From: Thraustochytrium aureum
Lineage: Eukaryota
Length of the DNA: 64,000 bases
Direction of reading: 5' to 3'
Assembly (NCBI GenBank): GCA_012862495.1
Contig: BLSG01000014.1
Span: forward strand, 1 to 64,000
The notes under the pieces: model-generated
Seen by the model: the letters and a program-made list of their open reading frames with translations, nothing else
Database searches by the model: none
What the model was told of the DNA's origin: nothing
Program-made: the position numbers and the translations under genes
Part shown: positions 1 through 11,679 of the stretch, piece by piece
Layout of the letters: the number at the start of each line of letters is the position of its first letter
Numbering within the stretch: position 1 is the stretch's first letter

Positions 1-69
1 GGTAGTTGAATATGCAGTTTATCCGAGATTGAGTCCATAGGAGAGGCCTTTTCTCTTCTCTCCTACATG

Positions 70-116
70 TACTCCATTCGGTTTGGGTGTTACTCGACGC
101 AACGCTAAAAGACGGG
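70..116 (+). mobile_element. Partial copy of dispersed intergenic repeat (MITE-like family)
   Basis: TACTCCATTCGGTTTGGGTGTTACTCGACGCAACGCTAAAAGACGGG matches the end motif seen at 3277, 11192 and 48317, and in reverse at 11593 and 51343. Confidence 0.6.
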
Positions 117-461
117 CGATTTGTCTGACGTTGATCTAAAACCTGGGCGGATTTTTTGGGAGATGTGCTGCTTCAACAGCTCGTGGGCTACTTACTCTCC
201 CAGGGACCGTGACGAGGGCTACCGCGGAATTTTTTCAGCTCAGGCTGTCGAACGACCTTGGCTTGAAAAGGAAAGGGAGCGGCACCGCCAAACCTGGATG
301 GGAATCGGATTTATCGTCCCAATCAACAAGACCGTCCGACGTAGACCAGAAGATCAATCTCAGATTGCATTCCATCCCCGATGGACAAACTTGACTCTCG
401 ACGGCAGTCCCCCAACTGGTCTTGATCTGCGCTCGGTTGGTTAGAACGTATCCTCGGGACC

Positions 462-2864
462 ATGGAGGCCAAGCGGCTGGCGCACTGGGCACTTTTTTCG
501 GCAGCGCTGGCTGTCGCAGCCTGGACCGTGCTGCACCAGTGCGGCGACGTGGCGAGCGGTGATGGTGACGGCGACGAACGCCCGTGGCTGGACTGGCGGC
601 TGCCTGTGGAAGAGCGCGCGGCGGCTCTTGTCGATGCGCTCACGCTCCAGGAGAAAGGCGGGCAGCTCGTGAGGCGAGCCGTGGAAGTGCCGCGCCTTGA
701 CGTGCCAGCGTACGACTGGCGCAACAATGTGCTCCATGGCCTCGTGGACAACGGCGAGTCGACAGTGTTCCCACAGGCAATTGGGCTGGCGGCAACCTTT
801 GACCCCGCACTGCTCGAGCGCGCCGCACAGACGTGGGCAGACGAACAGCGCGCGCACCACAACTCCCGGACACGAGGCGTTCAGACGAGCTTCGAAAACT
901 ACGGCCTGGACTTGTGGGGCCCAACGATCAACCTCCTCTTTCATCCGCACTGGGGTCGCAACCAAGAAACGTACGGCGAAGATCCGCTCGTTTCCGGCTT
1001 GATGGGCGCAGCCGTGGTGCGCGGGCTGCAGCGAGAGCGAGGCGGGGTTGTCGAGACTATCGCCAGTCCAAAGCACTTTTTCGGCTACTCGGTCGACGAC
1101 AACCCGCCACGCGAAACGATCATGATGAACATCAGCGAGGCGCAGATGCGCCAGTACTTTATGGTTCCGTGGCGGCGCGTCGCACAGGCCGGCGCGCTTT
1201 CTGTGATGTGCGCGCTGAACGGCGTACGAACTGAATTGCACGGCCGCAAGGTGGAAGCGCCAATGTGCATGTCACCGCTGCTCAACGACCTGCTCCGCAA
1301 GGAACTGGGCTTTCGTGGCTACGTGGTGACGGACACTGGGGCTTTGAGCCATCTCGTGACGGGCTACAAGCTGTTTCACTCCGAGGCCGAGGCCGCCGCG
1401 GCGGCCGTCTCGGCGGGAGTCGACATGAATTCGGGCACCGTCATGGGCGCACCGCTCATCGACGCGGTGAACCGGGGCCTCGTCTCAGAGGCCGTTGTCG
1501 ACAAGGCCTTGCGCCGAGTCTTCGAGGCGCGCGTGCGACTGGGCACACTCAACCCGGCAGAGCATGATCCCTGGTCCGGAATCAACGCCTCAGTGATCAA
1601 CAGCAAGCAGCATCAAGCCCTTGCACTCGAGGCAGCGAGAGCTTCCATTGTGCTCTTCCGCAACCGCGGAGGAACCGCATTGCCCCTCGACGCGCGTGCG
1701 GTGCGCAAAGTCGCTGTTGTGGGCCCAGCCGCCAATGACACTTGGCGCTCGATTGGCAACTACTTTGGCTGCAGCGAAGGGGCGTGGGGCGCGCTAATCC
1801 CGTCATGCACCCCGCCCCCGCTGCTGCACGGCATACACGGCCGCGGTCCCGAGGTGCGATTTGCGACTGGGTGCGAGCAAGAGTCATCGGATACTTCGGG
1901 TTTTGCAGAGGCAGTGCGAGCAGCCGAAGCGAGCGACGTGGTTATTGCAATGCTTGGCCTCACCAACTGCCGTCGCGATGTCGCGCTCGGCGTTCTTTGC
2001 GAAAAGGAAAACAAGGACCGCTCAGACTTGTCCCTGCCTGGCGTGCAGACGGCACTGCTTGACGCGCTGCTCGCGACAGGAAAGCCCGTGGTTCTGGTGC
2101 TCACCGGCGGCGGGGCAGTACTCTTGGACACGGCCCGNNNNNNNNNNNNNNNNNNNNNNNNNNNNNNNNNNNNNNNNNNNNNNNNNNNNNNNNNNNNNNN
2201 NNNNNNNNNNNNNNNNNNNNNNNNNNNNNNNNNNNNNNNNNNNNNNNNNNNNNNNNNNNNNNNNNNNNNNNNNNNNNNNNNNNNNNNNNNNNNNNNNNNN
2301 NNNNNNNNNNNNNNNNNNNNNNNNNNNNNNNNNNNNNNNNNNNNNNNNNNNNNNNNNNNNNNNNNNNNNNNNNNNNNNNNNNNNNNNNNNNNNNNNNNNN
2401 NNNNNNNNNNNNNNNTGTCCTATACGCACTTCAACTATTCGTCGCCCTCCTTCGAGTGGAAGGACGCGCCGATGGTCGAGGGCGTGCATCTCCCTCGCCT
2501 TTGCGTCTCGGTCACCAACGCCGGTCTGCGAGCCGGCGCGGAAGTCGTCCTAGTCTTTGCTAGCTATCTGGGCGAGCAGCCGCTTGCATCGCGACCGCGC
2601 CTGCAACTTGTGGCTGTGGACAAGCTTGCCGAGCTTGCCCCGGGGCAGACGCAGAGGCTTTGCCTCGAGCTCCAGGATGACGTTTTGCGCCTCATGGGCA
2701 CCGACGGCAACCATCGCGTGCAGCCCGGCAAATACCTCCTGCAAGTAGGTCCTCGGCCGCCGATGCGCGCGGCCAAGGAGCTTGACGACGGTCCCGAGCA
2801 CCCGGCTCTCAGCCTTGGGCTTGAACTCTCCTCGCCGGTGTCGATTGTGGCAGACGAGCGATGA
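462..2864 (+). CDS. Glycoside hydrolase family 3 (beta-xylosidase/beta-glucosidase-like); N-gap at 2138-2415
   Basis: N-terminal hydrophobic signal/anchor; GH3 motifs TVFPQAIGLAATFD, WGRNQETYGEDP, SPKHF, GYVVTD (nucleophile Asp), DRSDLSLPG; C-terminal fn3-like VTNAGLRAGAEVV. Confidence 0.93.
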   Translation: MEAKRLAHWALFSAALAVAAWTVLHQCGDVASGDGDGDERPWLDWRLPVEERAAALVDALTLQEKGGQLVRRAVEVPRLDVPAYDWRNNVLHGLVDNGESTVFPQAIGLAATFDPALLERAAQTWADEQRAHHNSRTRGVQTSFENYGLDLWGPTINLLFHPHWGRNQETYGEDPLVSGLMGAAVVRGLQRERGGVVETIASPKHFFGYSVDDNPPRETIMMNISEAQMRQYFMVPWRRVAQAGALSVMCALNGVRTELHGRKVEAPMCMSPLLNDLLRKELGFRGYVVTDTGALSHLVTGYKLFHSEAEAAAAAVSAGVDMNSGTVMGAPLIDAVNRGLVSEAVVDKALRRVFEARVRLGTLNPAEHDPWSGINASVINSKQHQALALEAARASIVLFRNRGGTALPLDARAVRKVAVVGPAANDTWRSIGNYFGCSEGAWGALIPSCTPPPLLHGIHGRGPEVRFATGCEQESSDTSGFAEAVRAAEASDVVIAMLGLTNCRRDVALGVLCEKENKDRSDLSLPGVQTALLDALLATGKPVVLVLTGGGAVLLDTAXXXXXXXXXXXXXXXXXXXXXXXXXXXXXXXXXXXXXXXXXXXXXXXXXXXXXXXXXXXXXXXXXXXXXXXXXXXXXXXXXXXXXXXXXXXXXXSYTHFNYSSPSFEWKDAPMVEGVHLPRLCVSVTNAGLRAGAEVVLVFASYLGEQPLASRPRLQLVAVDKLAELAPGQTQRLCLELQDDVLRLMGTDGNHRVQPGKYLLQVGPRPPMRAAKELDDGPEHPALSLGLELSSPVSIVADER

Positions 2865-3276
2865 GCGAGCTGTTGCTGCGCTGCCGCGAGGCCTTGAGAA
2901 AGCCAAGTCAAACGAAAGTGAAACCTGCATCTACAACGCTGTGCTGTTCCAACAATCGCCCCGTTCTCGCGTGGCGCATCACAGTGCCGAGCCCTACGTT
3001 CATCAAGCCACTGGCATGGCCGCGCCACAAAGCGCGTTGATAGATAAATACCAATATCTTCTCCAGATGTCAACAGGATGGGTCTTGCCGGCTTGCCCAG
3101 CCGTGGGGCTGCCCAGTCGTGCGGCGCCAGGCAAAAATGGGAAGACAAACTCACCATGATCATGCGGAGAGCCTACAAAAATAGAGGGATTACATTTTAT
3201 AGAGGGAATTAGATCCGTTTTCTGAAGCGCCGGTGGGCACGTTGGAGTTGTTGTTTTTACGTGAATGCACCTTCAT

Positions 3277-3321
3277 AATCCATGTGGTTGGGGGTGTTAC
3301 TCTACGTAGCGCTAAAAGACG
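3277..3321 (+). mobile_element. Short copy of dispersed repeat, flanked by 10-bp direct repeat GCACCTTCAT
   Basis: TCCATGTGGTTGGGGGTGTTACTCTACGTAGCGCTAAAAGACG; GCACCTTCAT at 3267-3276 and 3322-3331. Confidence 0.6.
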
Positions 3322-3571
3322 GCACCTTCATTGAAAGACGCTTCTCTTTTAAAGAGTACGAGTATGTGAGTACTGAACTCCTCAACTGCCCAACTTCCTC
3401 TGTTACGCTTTTCTTCTTCTTGTCTCTTGAGAGGTTTGATGATCACGCGAGTCCAAGACGGACCAAATCAACACAACGTGACATGCTCTGGCAGACCGGA
3501 TCATCGTGAAGCGACTAGCTGCGCACAGACTGGGTGGGCAAACCGGACAGGGACGTGGGCACGGCAGCCGC

Positions 3572-5690
3572 ATGGAGTCACCCAATTCGCGCATGGGCGG
3601 GCAACCAGCGCAGGGATCGCCCCGCCGCCGTCTAGAGCTGGGCAGCGAACTCCAGGAGAAAGAGGAGGAGGAGAGTGAGGAAGACAGGCTGCTCTCGCTG
3701 ACGCAAGGGTTTGCAAGCAAAGCAAACGAGTCTGTGGCGACTTGTCCAAAGCCGTTCGTTCGTTCTTGGCTCGCGTGCCCAATGTGCCTGGGCCTCGTCT
3801 TCGCTCTGTGGGCCTTTTCGGTTGACTTGACCATCTCGCCCACGATGTCGCCCACGATGTCGCCCACGATCTCGCCCACGATGTCGCCCACGATCTCGCC
3901 CACGATCTCGCCCACGATGTCGCCCACGATCTCGCCCACGATATCGCCCACGATATCGCCCACGATATCGCCTACGATGTCGCCCACGATGTCGCCCACG
4001 ATGTCGCCCACGATCACACCCGNNNNNNNNNNNNNNNNNNNNNNNNNNNNNNNNNNNNNNNNNNNNNNNNNNNNNNNNNNNNNNNNNNNNNNNNNNNNNN
4101 NNNNNNNNNNNNNNNNNNNNNNNNNNNNNNNNNNNNNNNNNNNNNNNNNNNNNNNNNNNNNNNNNNNNNNNNNNNNNNNNNNNNNNNNNNNNNNNNNNNN
4201 NNNNNNNNNNNNNNNNCAGTGCCGTACAAACTCACTGCGAGTGGCTGGCAAAGGTTCCTCCCATTCTGCCGAGCTGGGCGCTGAACGGATTCGAGTCAAA
4301 CAATCCATCGCCGGGCACCTGCGAGCCTGGATCTGCACGAGACAAGGTCCGGATTTCCGCCGCTGGCACACACGAGATCATTGTGCGTATTTCCACGAAA
4401 CGCGAACGCTGCCTTAGAATGCCTGGCCGCTGCTTCTTTCGAGTTCTAGTGGAGGAGCCAGTCATCACCAGCGTGTACGCCGTTCCGCAATTGAGCAATC
4501 GCAGCGAGGGAGTACTTGACCTGGAGGCACGCGTGCAGCTTGTGCTACCAGCCTGCCGCGTTGAGGTCATCGTTCTGTACTTTGCAGAACCCATGGTGCT
4601 GCGTGTCAGCGGGAACGTATCGACCGTGGTGAGTGCTCAAGGTGCCTGCGAAGCGGCGCTTCCAGACCTGCCGAGCCTGCCGTTTTGCCGCTATGACAAT
4701 GCAAGCGCGTCCCCGCGAGCGCAGTTGGTATTACTGCGCCGCTTTCCGGGACTAACAGCGGCCTCTGTCCCGCTCGCGCCGCCCGACGTGGTGAAGCGCG
4801 TGGCCTGGCGGAGCAAAGAGCAGATTGCCGTGCCGATTGCAACGACGTGCAGGCAGCCGTGGGTCCCGCCCGAAGAAGCTGCGCGACTTCTCGTGCCCCC
4901 CTCGCGTAAGGATGACCCTTTGAATGACGTGGCGATCATTATAGTCGGCACGTCGCGCACCCGAGGCCTAGAGGACGATCTTGCTCACGCGCTCGGGCTC
5001 CCAGAATCTACCGTCGTCGCTCACAATACGTCGACAACGGCTCGGCTCTTTCGAGCCTCAAAGAACCTGCGTATCGGCTTCAAATGGGCCGCAACCCAAG
5101 CTGGATATCACCTCATCGACTACCTAAATCACTTCGAGGCGCAGTTGTGCAAGCGCAACTCGTTCGTCACTTTCGTGATCTCCTTTGGGCTTTGGGAAAC
5201 TTTACAGTATGGTTTTGAGGAAGACGAGTTACCGGAGTCACCGACGGCGCGTGCGGCCTACGAAAGGGTCGTGGACGCGGCCAAGACGGTCTGCGGCGTG
5301 GAGAACGCGAGCCGCGTTCGAATCGTGCTCCTTTCAACCCCCGAGGTATTCGGGGGCGCGGTGAATCGTCGCGTCCCACCAAAAGGTGACTGCAACGCTG
5401 TGGCGGTGGCATCCAGCGGGCGTGTTGCGTTCCACGGTCGCGGCAGTACCCGTCAGGCTTTCTTCGGTCCCGCATTAGACACGCAAGCTCGCACAATGCG
5501 CGCCGTCGCCGCGGACCGCGGGCTTCCTTTCGTTGACTGGCACTATAAATCGCGGGGAATGGCGCCGTTCACCTACGACATCATCCATCTCCCCAGCAAC
5601 ACGGAAACCCATCAAAACGAGGTTTCGTACACAACGCTAAGTAGCATCATCTCAGCGGGAGCCCAGGCGTGGCAGTCACCTAGCCCGTAA
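3572..5690 (+). CDS. Type II membrane protein with SPT mucin-like stalk and SGNH/PC-esterase-like domain (gap, probable frameshift near 4400)
   Basis: ATG 3572, hydrophobic segment WLACPMCLGLVFALWAFSV, (SPT[IM])n stalk; ORF 4383-5690 has IIVGTSRTR, ISFGLWE and C-terminal DIIH. Joining across the gap is inferred. Confidence 0.55.
3833..4020 (+). repeat. 12-bp coding minisatellite (ATNTCGCCCACG)n encoding SPT[I/M]
   Basis: About 15 tandem units running into the N-gap. Confidence 0.95.
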
Positions 5691-7650
5691 CCTGCGCACA
5701 GCGCGACCGGTCTGGTGGCATATCCCAAGCAACGCTCGCAGCCCTTGCAAATCACCAAGTATGCAGCGCTCAAACCGCGGCGCCTGCTCCACGGCCGGCC
5801 ATAACACGTGCCATTGTGATGCCCTATGGCTGGTCGAAGACGACGAATCGTTGTTGCCCTTGGTCGAACTGAGCTTTCCTGCAGTAAGGAAGGAGGGGGG
5901 CTGTGGGGCCGGTACACGGTGGACACGGCGGTGCTCTGCGCAGTGGGACGGATTCTCCCCCAAGAAACGAGCGCCGAGGTATAGATACTCGCCAAGCGCA
6001 GCCGGCTCGTGGTCAGCATGACGGACCAAACCCGCAACTAGATGGATGTTTGAGCGCGGCACTCTCACACGGCAGCAAGGCCAAGGGTGCGGGAGTGGCG
6101 CAGCCTGCTTACTGCAAGGAAACCGAAAGCCCACCCCTTCCTGGGTGCCGAAGAGCCGATTTCACATTACTTTTCGTATGTTTCGCCANNNNNNNNNNNN
6201 NNNNNNNNNNNNNNNNNNNNNNNNNNNNNNNNNNNNNNNNNNNNNNNNNNNNNNNNNNNNNNNNNNNNNNNNNNNNNNNNNNNNNNNNNNNNNNNNNNNN
6301 NNNNNNNNNNNNNNNNNNNNNNNNNNNNNNNNNNNNNNNNNNNNNNNNNNNNNNNNNNNNNNNNNNNNNNNNNNNNNNNNNNNNNNNNNNNNNNNNNNNN
6401 NNNNNNNNNNNNNNNNNNNNNNNNNNNNNNNNNNNNNNNNNNNNNNNNNNNNNNNNNNNNNNNNNNNNNNNNNNNNNNNNNNNNNNNNNNNNNNNNNNNN
6501 NNNNNNNNNNNNNNNNNNNNNNNNNNNNNNNNNNNNNNNNNNNNNNNNNNNNNNNNNNNNNNNNNNNNNNNNNNNNNNNNNNNNNNNNNNNNNNNNNNNN
6601 NNNNNNNNNNNNNNNNNNNNNNNNNNNNNNNNNNNNNNNNNNNNNNNNNNNNNNNNNNNNNNNNNNNNNNNNNNNNNNNNNNNNNNNNNNNNNNNNNNNN
6701 NNNNNNNNNNNNNNNNNNNNNNNNNNNNNNNNNNNNNNNNNNNNNNNNNNNNNNNNNNNNNNNNNNNNNNNNNNNNNNNNNNNNNNNNNNNNNNNNNNNN
6801 NNNNNNNNNNNNGCCAGGCTTTCCAGTTCAAGGTTCAGAGAATCGACGCCAACGTCGGAGTCGATCGAGGCGCTGTCCTGTTCGTCGACGAGACTGTCGT
6901 GGTCAGCCACACAATCCTCCAGTTAGCGAGTGCGACGAACTTGCTTGTCGGCCGAGCACAAGAGGACGACGCATTCATTTCTAATGAACGTCTCCTACTT
7001 GAGCGCTGTTGCTGCTGGGCTTGCGACCTCCAACAACTAGAACTCGACTGCAAACCGACGCGGTCCGCGATTGACACGGTTAAGCACGACGGCCTGCGGC
7101 GAGAAATTCAAGGCCCCGCCGCTGAATGTGGGCTGGCTACGGCCTCCCAGCAACCCAAAGACCGCGCAATCAGCTCTGCTTCAGCGGACGGGTCTTCTAT
7201 CTCGTTGCGACAGCCCGGACGCGTCTGCTCTGCACGCTGCTCGGGGTCTACCTTCTTGACCAAGACCCAAGCGAGAATGGACTTTCAGTTAAGGGTTAAG
7301 TTAAGGGTAAATTACCTCCTCACAAATCCGGGGGCGCTCTCACTCAACGGATCGTTGCAGGTGATCGGACATTGCCCGTTCCGAGCAAGCTGAAAGCGCG
7401 TGCAAGGCCCGGCGAAGCGAGAGCCTTGCAGCACGGAGCGGTCGGCTTTGGATTTGCGGCTGGCGAGGCGGTACTGCAAGTGGCCAAGCAAGGCCCAACG
7501 CTCTCGTCGAGTCGACCAAGTCGTCCATTCGTCGCCAGGAGGGGCTGCAGCGCTTGGGCGAGGCTGTCGTACTGGTGCTACTGGCGCGAACTTGCTCGCG
7601 CCCGTCAGTGTCACTGGAGGGTGGCGGATGACCGGCGGACGATTGGCGAC

Positions 7651-10600
7651 ATGCCAGGAACAAGTGCAAGTGCTGGCAGCAGCACAGGGCTCAGCGCATC
7701 GAGACGCAAATGCCCAGCAGGCGGCGAGCGGCATGCCAACGACTCGCAAGGCGACAACAGCCGGGAGGTGCAGCGTCGCAAAGACAGGCGCGTGACGCGA
7801 ATGCAGAGGAGATCGATGCGCAACAGACGCGCAGTTGCCAAGACGCAAGAGATCACGCCGCTCGTGAGCGAGGCTGAGGCTCAGCAGGTCGCCATTGCGG
7901 AGCGGAGACGACTACTTCAGTTCCAGGTGGAAAACGCCGGGACCAGCAAGGTTGAGCACCCCGGCGTGCACGGGTATCGCTTGGAGCCAGTACCAAGCAC
8001 ATGGGACGCACGGCGGTGCAACCCAACGTTTTTCGGAGCCGCGTCACAGCGCATTGCGGAAGACACTGTTGTTCTACTTGATTTTAAGCTATTCGGAGTC
8101 ACGAAAGACCGGTGGAGCCCCGCCTTGCAGACGAGCCTGCTTGCCGCCGTGAACTCGGTCGTCGCCCCGCTTGGCGTTCCTGAGACGGCAACGTCGCTCT
8201 GTTCTACCGAAGCAGTCAAAGGCGAAAATCTGCGCCGCGTCCGAGAAAAGGTCTCCAAGCGCGCTGCACTCTCCAAGGTCTTTCAAACACACCTTGAAAA
8301 TCTTTCCCGAAGCGAGGGTGGGGCGATGAACGTCAAGCTCGCCGTGATCGCGTCAGGGACGGCGCAAGCCTTGCAAACTCGTGGCAGATACGCGTACCGA
8401 GCCCGTCAAGAACGAGACGGCTCGCGCGATCCTGTTGTGCGGCTCACGTTTGAGATCAAGGAGCACGAAGAGGCCGCAGCTCGGACAATTGCGACAGCGC
8501 TGATGCGCGCAGTCTCCAGCGGCAGGCTCTCCAAGGCCTTCGTCAACCGCGTCCCAAGTGAAATGGCAGGCCAAATCTCCCTCGCGATCAATCACGTCCC
8601 ACACCAAGCCGCTTCAGGAGCCGCGTCACACTATGGCGTTCCGCGCGACACTCCGCGCAAGCGCAAGTCAAAGGAGCGGACCCTCCTGTTTGCAACGGCG
8701 CACGCTATTCAAGCCCTTGAACAAGGCGACAAGGAAGGGGGCAAAACCTCCCGCAGCTCGCCTGCGGCCAACAATCGAGAGAACCTGCACGGGGAGCCTT
8801 GGTGGGGTCGCGCCAGGGTGCTTCATCCGGCTTTCTTCAACCGAGAGGTCAAGCACCTTCGCGCAGATCCCGCCAAAGTGTCACCAATCTTCTGGGGCCA
8901 GTGGACAAAACCACAAGTGCACGACAAGGGCCCAGAGCATCCCGCTTGCCTCCATCCAGCTTATTTTGGCACGCAGGACTGGACTGACCCGAACATGGTG
9001 ATGCACGTCAGCCCAGCATCTGACCTCGGCAAAGCAAGCATGGCGCCATACAAGGTCTCCCCCGTGTTTTGGGGGAAGTATGCCTGCGAGCCTGATCACA
9101 ACTCGATTCTTGCGCGACCAAAGACCAGAACCGAAGAAGACGAGGCTGCCGAGGACGAAGCGTTTGTGAAAAACATTGCTCGGCGGGGCTCGCAAGGCAA
9201 GAGGCTCACAGAGGCGGAGCGCAAGCAGCGCCAGCTTGAGGAAGAGTTGGCAACGACGATACGAGCCAACCGCCACCCTGCAACACGGGGCTACAAAGTT
9301 CGCACAGTTCCACTTTTCAACGACGCAGTCACACGAATTAGCCCAGCTTGCTTCGGTTTTGAAACTGGCGCAGACATGGTCACGCCAGAGTATACAGTAG
9401 TGCACGTAGTACATCCCAGCTGCATAGGCTACGAGTTGGTCGCGCAAGAGCTCGAGTGCGTTCGCCGCGCCGCAGAAGTTACCAACCCAATCTTCTTTGG
9501 GTTTTCACAAGACAAGGGAGCACGGTTTTGTGCCGGACGCCGTCAAGAACGGCAGACTCGAAGAGCGCAAAGCGCTCCTCCACAGCTTGATGGTCAACCC
9601 GCGGCGAGGCAAGGCAGGCGAGGCGGCCTGCCGGGTGTGCTTTGGCGCTGCCGCCAAGGGTTGTCCGATGTGCTTTCGGCCCGAGAAATGGCAGCTTGAT
9701 GGAGCCTCTGGAGGCGGGTTTGAGATGGAAGCAAAAGGTACGTTGCTTTGCTCACGATAAAGTCTGCTGCGCTGCAAGCCGAGATTCAGTAGGTGGCTAA
9801 CAGCGACGGGTCGTTTTTGTCGGCGCGCAGCCGCTCTGGGGGCAATCTTAAACAGCCCCAACCTTGTGCCTCGCGCACGATCACAAGGGTTCGAGTTGTC
9901 TCGGCCCGGAGTTGCCTCGACGGTGGATCGTCTTCGTGCTCCAAAGCCCGTGCGGACAACGATGAAGCTCAAGCTGCAGGCTGCAGCCGCCAACGCCATG
10001 GAAAGAGGCATCGACTTGCAGTCAGCTGGCACAATTGCAAACTACCGCGCGCAAAAGGCAACCTACATCACTGTTCTTGTCAAGACGCTACCCCAAGGTA
10101 TTGTCACCCGACTCTCGTTAGAGTCAAATCGCACCGTGAGCGACTTGTACTTTTTGTACAGAGCAAACGCTCGAACTGAGGTTGGCAACCAGGATCGCAT
10201 GTGGCTCGTGCTGCCACTGATGCAGGGCCTCGTGTGTTTTGACAGCTCGCGCGAGAACGAGAACGAGCTGCAATGCGCCTTTGAACCGGGCGCAACAAAG
10301 CTTTCCGACTTTGGCCTAAAGCACAATGGGGCAACGTTATGCCTATTCCAGCTCAAGGACCTGCACCATCCACGCGCGAGCGAGTTGGCGCAGGCCTTTC
10401 TGTCTCAAAACGTCAACCTCGCACGAACTCTGGACCATGTCGAAATTGAGAAAGACCAAACCGAGAGCGCGACCAAGACGCGAAAGCTACGCCGCTATCA
10501 GTCAAGCTGGGGCACTGGAATCTCCATCAAGTCGCGCATCAACGAAATGAAGCGCAAATCCAGCCGACGACAAGCAGCCCAGGCCATGCACGACGCAATT

Positions 10601-11188
10601 GGCATGCTCTCGAAGGCTGGTTCGCTGGATCAAGACGCAAACGAGTTGAATGGGGACCTCTTGAGGCAAGTTTCGTTCCAGCTTTTGTTTCGGCCCGACC
10701 AAGTCATGCTGCACGAGCCGCTCCACCGCGATCGACTCCAGAAGGTTCTCATCCGCGAGATGCTTGACTTGCTCGACCGCCAGGCAGAGGCTTGGCAAGA
10801 GGAGATCTTGCGGCGTGAGCAGTTTCTTGAGGACCGCCGCAAGAAAGAGCTTGACATTCAAGTCAGCCGCCGCCTAGTTCACAGCACTGCACAGGTTCAC
10901 AAAACAGCAGTGCAAACCGAACAGCAGCGGCGTCGTGACTTGCGAAACGACAGACTCAAGCACAAGTCGAGGCTGCGCACGCTCAGTCTGCTCCCAGGTC
11001 TGCGCCGCTTTACCAAACTGGGCCCTTTGGACAACCTCACAGAGCTCGATGTTCAGCGCCGCCACCCGAACAACCCCACCAAGGCCATCTTTCGTTGTGA
11101 ATCCCCGAGTTCCGAAGACTCGCAGGCGCCGTCTCCACTGGTTCCTCGGCTCGAACTCCCAGACTCGCTCCAATCCTTTTTGGATTGA
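7651..11188 (+). CDS. Large orphan protein with [HSN]PxxFG-type repeats, CxxC-x6-CxxC motif, ubiquitin-like segment and coiled coil; intron 9738-9830; frameshift near 9518
   Basis: ORFs 7372-9699, 9497-9760 and 9866-11188 join by removing one G in GACAAGGGAGCAC and splicing a 93-nt GT..GCTAAC..CAG intron, which keeps the frame open. Confidence 0.65.
9738..9830 (+). other. Spliceosomal intron (93 nt)
   Basis: GTACGT donor, GCTAAC branch at 9796-9801, pyrimidine tract, CAG acceptor; removes in-frame stops. Confidence 0.75.
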
Positions 11189-11191
11189 TCG

Positions 11192-11250
11192 ACTCCATGT
11201 GGTTTGATGTGGTTTGCGGGGTGTTACTACGCTACGCTACAATAAAGGCA
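11192..11250 (+). mobile_element. Degenerate copy of dispersed repeat just downstream of a stop codon
   Basis: ACTCCATGTGGTTTG...GGGGTGTTACTACGCTACGCTA. Confidence 0.5.
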
Positions 11251-11592
11251 CTGCCACTAAAGACTTATGTCAGGCAGCACCAACATGGCCATCTCACTGC
11301 GCAACTCGGGCTGCATGCTGCAAAGAGTCCAGACCAGCAGCAAGTGCTGTGCAATACTGTCGATTGATCCATGGAGATATTGGGTTTCTCCGGAGAATAC
11401 GCAAAGGCGAGGCTGCCTCGCGTGCTGAAGAGCCCCCAGGGCAGCCCTGTAGGAACCGGACCAAAGTCTGATGATGGCGACGAGCCTGGCGAGTGTCGGC
11501 CTTTCGATGTTGAATCGAAGCGCACGTGGCACGCTTGGTAGCGATCACCCGCGGATCGAAAAAATAGTTGCACCATTCAACCTCTTGACGTA

Positions 11593-11679
11593 CTCCAGTG
11601 GTTGGGTTGGGCTGTGTTGCTTCTTTCACGTTTCTTTTGAGGTCGCACCTCCCGTAGAGTAACAACCCAAGACCTGGAG
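11593..11679 (-). mobile_element. Complete 87-bp MITE-like element with imperfect terminal inverted repeats, TA on both sides
   Basis: TA|CTCCAGTGGTTGGGTT ... AACCCAAGACCTGGAG|TA; internal TTTCTTTTGAGGTCGCACCTCCCGT is shared with 51343-51441. Confidence 0.7.

Noticed and set aside
3833..4020. Tandem repeats as a CRISPR array
   Set aside because: 12-bp head-to-tail coding units with no spacers, no cas genes, and a eukaryotic context
5700..7290. Possible gene around the 6189-6811 gap
   Set aside because: Only short ORFs with no recognisable motif; cannot be supported
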